From contig NZ_CP179200.1 in NCBI RefSeq assembly GCF_051201565.1, positions 420,001-452,000 of the forward strand: a stretch of DNA of 32,000 nucleotides. The letters are read 5' to 3'. Position 1 is the first letter of the stretch; every line of letters starts with the position of its first letter. The translations under genes were made by a program, and so were the position numbers. The notes beneath the pieces are model-generated. The model saw nothing but the letters and a program-made list of their open reading frames with translations, did no database searches and was not told the DNA's origin. This DNA comes from Pseudothioglobus sp. nBUS_23. GTDB taxonomy: Bacteria; Pseudomonadota; Gammaproteobacteria; PS1; Pseudothioglobaceae. Shown here piece by piece: positions 10,540 to 17,474 of the stretch.

Positions 10540-10983
10540 ATGAAGGTTGCAGCGTTAAATCTAAACGACAAAGACAAATGGGCACAGCTTTATCATGGCT
10601 ATGCAGAGTTCTATGAAATGAAAATGAACCAAGATATTCTTGATACTGTTTGGTCATGGATACATAGCCATGAAGTAAAGTTTTATTCTATAGGAGTAAA
10701 ATCTAGCGAAAATGAGTTAATTGGATTTATGCATTACAGAGAAATGCCTTCACCACTAAGAGGACAACTTGTTGGTTTCCTAGACGATCTCTTCGTGCAT
10801 CCTGATTTTAGAGGAACTGGAGCTGTTCAACTACTATTTGGTGAGCTTAAAATACAAGCAAAAAAAAATGATTGGCCTTATGTTCGTTGGATCACAGCTA
10901 CTGACAACTCTAGAGCTCGAAAAGTTTATAACCAGATTTCTAAGCCAATTGATTTTGTCACTTATCAGATGCAAATAAATTAA
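10540..10983 (+). CDS. GNAT-family N-acetyltransferase (147 aa)
   Basis: Acetyl-CoA pocket motif LFVHPDFRGTGAVQLLF (the Q/R-x-x-G-x-G/A type). It lies 8 nt downstream of the aminotransferase. Confidence 0.8.
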   Translation: MKVAALNLNDKDKWAQLYHGYAEFYEMKMNQDILDTVWSWIHSHEVKFYSIGVKSSENELIGFMHYREMPSPLRGQLVGFLDDLFVHPDFRGTGAVQLLFGELKIQAKKNDWPYVRWITATDNSRARKVYNQISKPIDFVTYQMQIN

Positions 10984-11032
10984 CTCATCATCAAACTCAT
11001 CAATTCTGGAGCAGCAGCTAGTAATTAATTGG

Positions 11033-11073
11033 TTCTAAATCATTCAAATACATGTACCTATTCTGATTTAGAA
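11033..11073. repeat. 10-bp perfect inverted repeat TTCTAAATCA / TGATTTAGAA with a 21-nt spacer
   Basis: Arms are at 11033-11042 and 11064-11073. The spacer contains the palindrome TACATGTA (11049-11056). It sits in the 125-nt gap between the two GNAT genes. No T-tract follows it, so it looks more like an operator or RNA structure than a terminator. Confidence 0.5.
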
Positions 11074-11108
11074 TCAATTAAATCATTAATTCTTTGGATT
11101 TTTAGCAA

Positions 11109-11822
11109 ATGAAACAGGGCAATTTAGTTGGCGATTTTCAAGTTCCTCCGCATCCTAAAGGTATCTCAATTGATGGGAGAATGGTGACCCTGAAACCTCT
11201 AATTGCAAGCCAATTCGCTGAAGAGCTTTTTCTTTCAAACTCAATTGATAAAGACGGTACAAACTGGGCATATCTTCCTTATGGGCCGTTTGAAATTCTT
11301 GAAACATATTCTCAATGGATAAAGTCATTTGAGGGTAAAGAAGACCCAGTTTTTTTTGCAATTATTAGTAAAAAACTAAAAAAAGCGATAGGTATAGCAA
11401 GCTATTTGAGAATTAATCCTAAGGATGGGTCAATAGAGGTTGGGCACATCAATTATTCACCACTTTTACAAAGAACAACAGAGGGAACCGAAGCTATGTT
11501 TCTTATGATGAAGTGGGCCTTTGATAATGGATATAGGAGATATGAATGGAAATGCAATGCTCTAAATTTAAGATCGCGAAGTGCAGCTCAAAGACTTGGG
11601 TTTTCTTACGAAGGAGTCTTTAGACAGATGGCCATTGTCAAGGGAAGAAATCGTGATACTGCTTGGTTTGCAATGATTGATAAAGAATGGAAAGGACTTG
11701 AATGTTGTTTCAAGGAATTTTTATCTGATGATAATTTTGATCACAATGGAAAACCAAAAAAGTCTTTAAGGGCGCTTACAAAGCCATTACTCTATAAAGT
11801 TGATAACTTAGATTCAACTTGA
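11109..11822 (+). CDS. GNAT (RimJ/RimL-like, Acetyltransf_3-type) N-acetyltransferase, 237 aa
   Basis: IEVGHINYSPLLQRTTEGTEAMFLMMKWAFDNGYRRYEWKCNALNLRSRSAAQRLGFSYEGVFRQ is the typical core of the RimJ/L-like subfamily. Confidence 0.8.
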   Translation: MKQGNLVGDFQVPPHPKGISIDGRMVTLKPLIASQFAEELFLSNSIDKDGTNWAYLPYGPFEILETYSQWIKSFEGKEDPVFFAIISKKLKKAIGIASYLRINPKDGSIEVGHINYSPLLQRTTEGTEAMFLMMKWAFDNGYRRYEWKCNALNLRSRSAAQRLGFSYEGVFRQMAIVKGRNRDTAWFAMIDKEWKGLECCFKEFLSDDNFDHNGKPKKSLRALTKPLLYKVDNLDST

Positions 11823-11831
11823 GAACTTTTT

Positions 11832-12719
11832 CTACCCTCTAGGGTGATGTTTCTGATGTTGAGTTTTGAGATGCGCGTTCTGAATATGGGTGTAGAGCTG
11901 AGTGCTTGAGATATCACTATGACCAAGCATCAGTTGAACTGAGCGCAAGTCAGCTCCTTTTTGAACAAGATGAGTAGCAAAGGCATGCCTCAGTGAGTGT
12001 GGTGAGATGGTTTTGTCAATTCCAGCTTGAGCGGCATAACCCTTTATAATATAAAAGAAATTTTGCCTTGACATCGCGCTTCCACGATTTGATAGAAAGT
12101 AACTATCACATTGGCCATTTTTTAAAAGCAGGGGTCTGACATTTTTTTCATATGCAGCTAAATAATCAATTGAAATTTCACCAAGTGGCAACATTCTCTC
12201 TTTATTTCCCTTTCCATGAACACGAATAAACTCATCTTTCAGATTGATATTATGAAAGCTTAAATTTATAAGTTCTGAAACCCTGAGGCCACAAGAATAG
12301 AGAAGTTCAATCATAGCGCGATCCCTTTGGCCAATAGTAGAATTTATATTAGGTGCATTCATTAGCTTTTCTACCTCTTGAATATTTAAAAAAATAGGTA
12401 ATTTTTTGTCTAATTTTGGATAATTCATTTGATCTGTTGGATCATTAGTGATGACTTGATGCTCTATTAAATACTGAAAGAAAGAGTGGAGGCACGTGAG
12501 AATTCGTGATTGAGATGAGGCGCTTAGCTTAGAGTCTTTTCGATATGAGAAATATTCATTAACCAAGAGTCTATTGACATTTTCAAATGGGATATCCTTT
12601 AGCCAATTACTAAAAATTTTAAGATCAGAGCGATAGGCGCTTAGAGTATTTTGACTCGCTCCAGTGGTTAGCCAGTAAAAATCAATAAATTGGTCAATGA
12701 GTTGATTATTCATCACCAT
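11832..12719 (-). CDS. xerD: Site-specific tyrosine recombinase XerD
   Basis: 295 aa, collinear with E. coli XerD over its whole length. Examples: ...NTLSAYRSDL..., ELLYSCGLRVSEL, HSLRHAFATHL, LLGHSDISSTQLYTH, and the characteristic C-terminus QHQKHHPRG. Confidence 0.93.
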   Translation of the reverse strand: MVMNNQLIDQFIDFYWLTTGASQNTLSAYRSDLKIFSNWLKDIPFENVNRLLVNEYFSYRKDSKLSASSQSRILTCLHSFFQYLIEHQVITNDPTDQMNYPKLDKKLPIFLNIQEVEKLMNAPNINSTIGQRDRAMIELLYSCGLRVSELINLSFHNINLKDEFIRVHGKGNKERMLPLGEISIDYLAAYEKNVRPLLLKNGQCDSYFLSNRGSAMSRQNFFYIIKGYAAQAGIDKTISPHSLRHAFATHLVQKGADLRSVQLMLGHSDISSTQLYTHIQNAHLKTQHQKHHPRG

Positions 12720-12746
12720 TTATTCTACTTAAGAATTTTTTAAAGA

Positions 12747-12775
12747 GGAAAAAAAATGCCAGCTAGTGCTGGCAT
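12747..12775 (-). terminator. Rho-independent terminator of rplS
   Basis: The minus strand reads ATGCCAGC-acta-GCTGGCAT (8-bp stem, complement of 12756-12775) followed by an 8-nt T-tract. It begins 17 nt after the rplS stop. Confidence 0.75.
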
Positions 12776-12792
12776 AAAAATTTGATAGAGAA

Positions 12793-13143
12793 TTACTTTT
12801 TATTAAGTTTTTCTTTAATTCTAGCAGCCTTACCTGTAAGACCTCGTAAATAATATAGCTTAGCTTTTCTAACTTTACCACTTCTTTTAACAGTAACGCT
12901 ATCAATCATTGAAGAGTGAGTTTGGAAGACTCTCTCAACACCTTCACCATGAGAGATTTTACGAACTGTAAAAGCAGAGTTTAGCCCTCTGTTTTTCTTG
13001 GCAATCACAACACCCTCAAAGGCTTGAAGTCTTTGGCGATTTCCTTCGCGAACTTTCACCTGAACAACAACCGTGTCACCCGCAGAAAATTCAGGAATGT
13101 CTGTTCTGAGTTGCTCACTTTCAATTTGATCAATTAAATTCAC
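12793..13143 (-). CDS. rplS: 50S ribosomal protein L19
   Basis: 116 aa. GTG start with an AGGTG SD. The sequence [47 protein letters not shown] is typical L19. Confidence 0.97.
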   Translation of the reverse strand: MNLIDQIESEQLRTDIPEFSAGDTVVVQVKVREGNRQRLQAFEGVVIAKKNRGLNSAFTVRKISHGEGVERVFQTHSSMIDSVTVKRSGKVRKAKLYYLRGLTGKAARIKEKLNKK

Positions 13144-13178
13144 GATTGCACCTATATTGGGTTTGAAAAAAAGCGCTA

Positions 13179-13207
13179 ATTATACATATCTTTTAGCATT
13201 TTCACAA
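13179..13207 (-). promoter_or_regulatory. Putative sigma70 promoter dedicated to rplS
   Basis: The minus strand reads TTGTGA-(17 nt)-TATAAT. The -35 is the complement of 13202-13207 and the -10 is the complement of 13179-13184. The -10 lies about 35 nt upstream of the rplS GTG. Confidence 0.5.
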
Positions 13208-13281
13208 GAATCTATTGTCTTAAATCACCCATAAAAATAGATGTTTTTGATGATATTTTTTAAATGTTTTTCATGATATTA

Positions 13282-13290
13282 TGAGATAAT
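13282..13290 (+). promoter_or_regulatory. Putative extended -10 (TGaGATAAT) promoter for the gltD-dsrCMK operon
   Basis: TGAGATAAT at 13282-13290, 27 nt upstream of the ATG at 13318. The SD AAGGAAGG is at 13309-13316. No good -35 is present. Confidence 0.3.
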
Positions 13291-13317
13291 GTTGCGCACA
13301 AAAATTAAAAGGAAGGC

Positions 13318-14757
13318 ATGGGTAAAGCAACTGGATTTTTAGAGCTAGACAGGCAAGTTGAGTCATATCGCGAGGTTGATGTTCGCATAAATGATTATGA
13401 TGAAATTTTCTCAGGTAGCCATAATTTAGATCTGCTTCAAGAACAAGGTTCAAGATGCATGGATTGCGGTGTTCCTTTTTGTCAATCATCAAATGGATGT
13501 CCAATTGATAATCTAATTCCTGAATGGAATGATCTAGTTTATAAAAACGAATGGCAAGAGGCACTTGAGCGCCTTGAGAAAACTAATAATTTTCCTGAGT
13601 TCACCGGAAGAGTATGTCCTGCTCCATGCGAAGGTTCATGTGTCCTCGGTCTTAACAACCCTGCCGTTACAATTAAAAATATTGAATTAGCAATTGTCGA
13701 TAAGGGCTTTGAAGAAGGATGGATTAAGCCCAAAGTGATTGAGTCTCGCTCAGGAAAAAATATTGCAATAGTTGGATCAGGCCCTGCAGGTCTTGCAGCT
13801 GCAGATGAGCTGAATAAAATGGGACACTCTGTGAAAGTTTATGAGAGAAGTGATAGAATTGGTGGTCTATTGATGTATGGTATACCCAACATGAAACTTG
13901 GTAAAGATGTTGTTGAGCGCCGAGTACAATTGTTGGAGAGTGAAGGAATAGAATTTATTACCAATGTAGATATTGGAAAAGATTTAACTACCAAAGAGCT
14001 TAAGGAGACTTGCGATGCTGTTATTTTTGCAACCGGCGCCACTCAAGCGCGTGACTTGCCAGCAGAAAACAGAGATGCAAAAGGTATTTATCCTGCAATG
14101 GATTTCCTAACATCAAATACCAAAAGCCTTCTTGATAGTGGTCAGCCAGATCAAAGTGATTTATCTGCAAAAGGTAAAAATGTGATTGTTATAGGCGGTG
14201 GTGATACTGGGACTGACTGTATTGGAACTTCTTTGAGACAGGGCGCTAAATCAATCATTAATTTTGAATTAATGAGTCGCCCTCCTGAGGATCGTTCAGA
14301 CAATAACCCATGGCCAGAGTGGCCGGTAATCTTTAGAGTAGACTATGGCCACGAAGAGTCGAGTCAAGTTTTTGGTGAGGATCCAAGACATTACCAGCTT
14401 CTTACTAAGGCATTCATCAAAGATACTGATGGCAATGTTAAAGGTATAAAAACAGTAAACGTCGATTTGATTAAGGGCAAGTTAACTGAGATTGAAGGAA
14501 CTGAAAAAACTTGGGATGCTGAACTCGTTTTGTTGTCGATGGGCTTTTTATCTCCAGAACATTATTTAAGTGACGATTCAGAAATCGAGCTTGATCAGAG
14601 AGGCAACTACCTATCCGAACATGGGGATTATAAAACATCAAAAGATGGGATTTTTTCGGCAGGTGACTGCAGGAGAGGCCAATCATTGGTCGTCTGGGCA
14701 ATAAATGAAGGCCGAGGAGTAGCCTCGAGTGTGGATGATTTTCTAGCAAATTCTTAA
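13318..14757 (+). CDS. gltD: GltD-type NAD(P)H-dependent Fe-S flavoprotein (glutamate synthase small-subunit family)
   Basis: 479 aa. N-terminus [12 protein letters not shown]. Two Cys clusters ([16 protein letters not shown] and CPAPCEGSC). Two dinucleotide folds ([11 protein letters not shown] and [11 protein letters not shown]). The GltD-like C-terminal end is [18 protein letters not shown]. No gltB large subunit is adjacent. Confidence 0.88.
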   Translation: MGKATGFLELDRQVESYREVDVRINDYDEIFSGSHNLDLLQEQGSRCMDCGVPFCQSSNGCPIDNLIPEWNDLVYKNEWQEALERLEKTNNFPEFTGRVCPAPCEGSCVLGLNNPAVTIKNIELAIVDKGFEEGWIKPKVIESRSGKNIAIVGSGPAGLAAADELNKMGHSVKVYERSDRIGGLLMYGIPNMKLGKDVVERRVQLLESEGIEFITNVDIGKDLTTKELKETCDAVIFATGATQARDLPAENRDAKGIYPAMDFLTSNTKSLLDSGQPDQSDLSAKGKNVIVIGGGDTGTDCIGTSLRQGAKSIINFELMSRPPEDRSDNNPWPEWPVIFRVDYGHEESSQVFGEDPRHYQLLTKAFIKDTDGNVKGIKTVNVDLIKGKLTEIEGTEKTWDAELVLLSMGFLSPEHYLSDDSEIELDQRGNYLSEHGDYKTSKDGIFSAGDCRRGQSLVVWAINEGRGVASSVDDFLANS

Positions 14758-14771
14758 AGGTAATAACAGTT

Positions 14772-15095
14772 ATGGCAGAAATATTAGGTGCTGAAGTTGA
14801 TGAAGAGGGCTACTTGCTTAAGGTGTCTGATTGGACAGCTGATATTGCACAGGCTATGTCTGAGGAAGACGGTATAGAACTATCACCTGAGCATTGGGAG
14901 GTCATAAATTTTCTTCAGGAGTATTATGAGGAATATGAATTTGCTCCCGCAGTAAGGGTTCTTACAAAAGCTATTGCAAAAAAGCTTGGAAATGACAAGG
15001 GAAATTCTCGATATCTTTATTCACTTTTTCCATATGGCCCTGCAAAGCAAGGATGTCGATTCGCTGGTTTGCCAAAACCAACAGGCTGTGTTTGA
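14772..15095 (+). CDS. dsrC: DsrC-family sulfur-relay/redox protein with both C-terminal cysteines
   Basis: 107 aa. ...LSPEHWEVINFLQEYYEEY... is the DsrC/TusE fold. The C-terminal arm is QGCRFAGLPKPTGCV, with Cys95 and penultimate Cys106 spaced by 10 residues. It lies 14 nt after gltD. Confidence 0.88.
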   Translation: MAEILGAEVDEEGYLLKVSDWTADIAQAMSEEDGIELSPEHWEVINFLQEYYEEYEFAPAVRVLTKAIAKKLGNDKGNSRYLYSLFPYGPAKQGCRFAGLPKPTGCV

Positions 15096-15159
15096 ATAAA
15101 CATTGTTGGTTTTGCCACAAAGCATTGACTTCCATTTTTTATCTAAGAGATAGAGCCAT

Positions 15160-15933
15160 ATGTCACTGATAAGTATTTTTTTAATTTTCTTTTTTTATAT
15201 CTCTGCCCTGATATTTATATCTGGATTATCATATAAACTGATTCAATATAGGAGAACACCTGCTCCACTTAAGATTCCAATTGCACCATCTGCACTGGAT
15301 AAAAAAGGAGTGTTGTTAAGATACTTTCGCGAGATTTTTTTGTTTGCAAGCCTGTTCAAAGCCAACAAATGGACCTGGCTTTTTGGATGGTGTTTTCATT
15401 TAGCTTTGGCCTTATTATTTTTTCGACATTTAGTTTATTTTTGGCCAGGTGAAGTGCCTTTAATTCTTTATAAAACTGAACCATTAAAATATGCCGCTTA
15501 TCCACTCATTTTTGGTCTTTTAGGGTTGTTAGCTAGAAGAGTTTTTGTTGATAGGGTTCGTTACATATCTGCACCTTCCGATTACCTGATGTTGCTCGTA
15601 TTTATATTTATTGCTTTAACCGGAATGATAATGACTTTTGCGAATTATCATCCCAATATACTTATGGTTAAAAATTTTGCTTCAGGTTTGATTACCTTTA
15701 AGTGGTCAGAATTGCCTGGAGAAATTATCTTTGTATTCCATATTCTTCCTGTTTTTTGTATTATTGCTATTTTCCCAATATCTAAGTTACTGCACGCACC
15801 AGGTGTATTTTTTGCACCTACCTTTAATCAGGTGGATAATGCACGAAAGAAAAGACATCTCTCTGATTGGGCCTCTAAAAAAGAAGATAATTTGGAAATA
15901 AATCTTGAATCCAAAAATTTAAAGGATGAATAA
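15160..15933 (+). CDS. dsrM: DsrM-type (NarI/HdrE-like) membrane di-haem b quinol-interacting subunit
   Basis: 257 aa with about 5 hydrophobic helices. Four candidate haem-ligand histidines lie in helices (FHLALALLFFRHL; FHILPV; KLLHAPG), as in the NarI/DsrM family. Confidence 0.8.
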   Translation: MSLISIFLIFFFYISALIFISGLSYKLIQYRRTPAPLKIPIAPSALDKKGVLLRYFREIFLFASLFKANKWTWLFGWCFHLALALLFFRHLVYFWPGEVPLILYKTEPLKYAAYPLIFGLLGLLARRVFVDRVRYISAPSDYLMLLVFIFIALTGMIMTFANYHPNILMVKNFASGLITFKWSELPGEIIFVFHILPVFCIIAIFPISKLLHAPGVFFAPTFNQVDNARKKRHLSDWASKKEDNLEINLESKNLKDE

Positions 15934-15935
15934 TC

Positions 15936-17474
15936 TTGTCAACTGATAATCAAATTAAACTTCCAACATATGTTGAAACGCCATCAATAAGAAAAGATTC
16001 TATGGCTGGTGATGGCCCATTTAAGGCTTCAGTTGAGATTCAAAATAACCTTGGATTCCCTGGAGAAAAGGTTGAGAATTGGCAACAAGTCGCCATCAAT
16101 AAAATGGCTGAGACTAAGTCGAAATATAAATCGGTTCAAGTTTTCTTGGATAGCTGTATGAAATGCGGTGCATGCACAGATAAGTGCCACTACTTTTTAG
16201 GAACAGCTGACCCAAAGAACATGCCAGTTGCGCGACAGGACTTATTTAGAAGTGTCTACAGAAGACACTTTACGTTTGCCGGAAAGTATTTTCCAAGACT
16301 GGTTGGAGCTAAGGACTTTGATGAAGATATGTTGGATGATTGGTATAACTATTTTCATCAATGCTCACAATGCAGAAGATGCGCTGTATTCTGTCCGTCA
16401 GGAATAGATACTGCAGAGATTTCAATGGCAGCAAGAGAGGTGATGAATGTCATTGGAGTGGGTCAAAAATATACTAATCAAATTTTAGGTAAAGTTAAGA
16501 AAATTGGAAACAATCTTGGGATGCCTGAGCCTGCGCTTAAAGATACCCTCATGGATCTTGAAGAAGAGATTAAAGAAGATACTGGTGTTGATGTTAAGTT
16601 GCCTATAGATATTAAAAATTCTGAAATATTGATGGTCTCGCCTTCAGCTGATTTTTTTGCTGAGCCTCATATTGATGGACTCATTGGATATGCAAAAGTT
16701 TTTCATGAGAGTGGAGTCAGTTGGACGCTAAGTTCCTATGCTTCAGAGGCCGCTAACTTTGGAATGTTTATTGGGAATTATGATGTCATGAGAGAAGGTG
16801 CTCTAAGAATTCGAAAGGCTGCACTGGATTTAAATGTAAAGCGAGTCGTTATTGGAGAGTGTGGACACGCTTGGCGAGTAGCATATAGTTTTTGGAATAC
16901 TCTCTCTGGTATAGGTAGTGGTGCAGATGATGAGTATGCCATGAGACTTCAAAATCAACTTGATAGTCAATATCCTCAGCCTCAACATATGATTGAATTT
17001 ACATATGATTTAATTAAAAATAATAAATTAACATTTGAAAAATCAAACAATGACCATCGAGTAGTCACATTCCATGATTCTTGTAATGTTGCTCGAGGCA
17101 GTAATATGGGTGACATAGAAAATGGTCAATTTATCTTACCTAGAGAGGTAATAAAAGCTGCCTGCAATAACTTTATAGATATGCCCAAAAATACAATAAA
17201 GTCCTCTACTTTTTGTTGTGGTGGTGGTGCGGGACTTCTCACTGATGACCTTATTGACCTCAGAATAAAAGGCGCTAAACCGAGGATGCACGCACTCAGA
17301 AAAAGTGAGCAAGAAAGTGGAGTGAACACCTTAGCTGCTATTTGTGCTATTTGTAAATCACAGTTTTCAAAAGTTCTACCAAATTATGATTTTGATCCTT
17401 ACATGGTCGTAAGCGTTCATCAGCTGGTAAGTGATGCAATTGTTCTTAGTGAGTCATTAAAGCAAAAAGACTAA
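15936..17474 (+). CDS. dsrK: DsrK-type (HdrD-like) Fe-S/CCG-domain catalytic subunit
   Basis: 512 aa. TTG start 2 nt after dsrM, with an AAGGA SD. Two ferredoxin motifs (CMKCGACTDKC and CSQCRRCAVFC). CCG-domain signatures (FHDSCNVARG and TFCCGGGAGLL). Long stretches are collinear with DsrK of sulfur oxidisers, e.g. HMIEFTYDLIKNNKL...NDHRVVTFHDSCN. Confidence 0.87.
   Translation: MSTDNQIKLPTYVETPSIRKDSMAGDGPFKASVEIQNNLGFPGEKVENWQQVAINKMAETKSKYKSVQVFLDSCMKCGACTDKCHYFLGTADPKNMPVARQDLFRSVYRRHFTFAGKYFPRLVGAKDFDEDMLDDWYNYFHQCSQCRRCAVFCPSGIDTAEISMAAREVMNVIGVGQKYTNQILGKVKKIGNNLGMPEPALKDTLMDLEEEIKEDTGVDVKLPIDIKNSEILMVSPSADFFAEPHIDGLIGYAKVFHESGVSWTLSSYASEAANFGMFIGNYDVMREGALRIRKAALDLNVKRVVIGECGHAWRVAYSFWNTLSGIGSGADDEYAMRLQNQLDSQYPQPQHMIEFTYDLIKNNKLTFEKSNNDHRVVTFHDSCNVARGSNMGDIENGQFILPREVIKAACNNFIDMPKNTIKSSTFCCGGGAGLLTDDLIDLRIKGAKPRMHALRKSEQESGVNTLAAICAICKSQFSKVLPNYDFDPYMVVSVHQLVSDAIVLSESLKQKD

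Noticed and set aside
10540-11822. GNAT genes as TacT/AtaT-type acetyltransferase toxins
   Set aside because: No small RHH/antitoxin ORF is adjacent or overlapping. The first GNAT is coupled to an aminotransferase. The second has RimJ/L-like architecture and is larger than GNAT toxins.
11832-12719. Tyrosine recombinase as an integrase marking a mobile element or island next to the GNAT genes
   Set aside because: It is full-length and collinear with chromosomal XerD, including the diagnostic C-terminal HHPRG tail. No flanking direct repeats, att-like sequences, excisionase or phage genes are present.
13271-13564. 97-aa minus-strand ORF spanning the gltD start region, plus 13539-13733, 13839-14042 and 14471-14749 antisense to gltD
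   Set aside because: It overlaps the conserved N-terminus of GltD on the opposite strand and has no recognisable features. The rplS promoter accounts for minus-strand signals in this region.
15096-15159. 64-nt dsrC-dsrM spacer as an attenuator or internal terminator
   Set aside because: No stable hairpin precedes the short T-run (15144-15149). There is only a repeated CATTG pentamer. It is most simply an ordinary intercistronic spacer.
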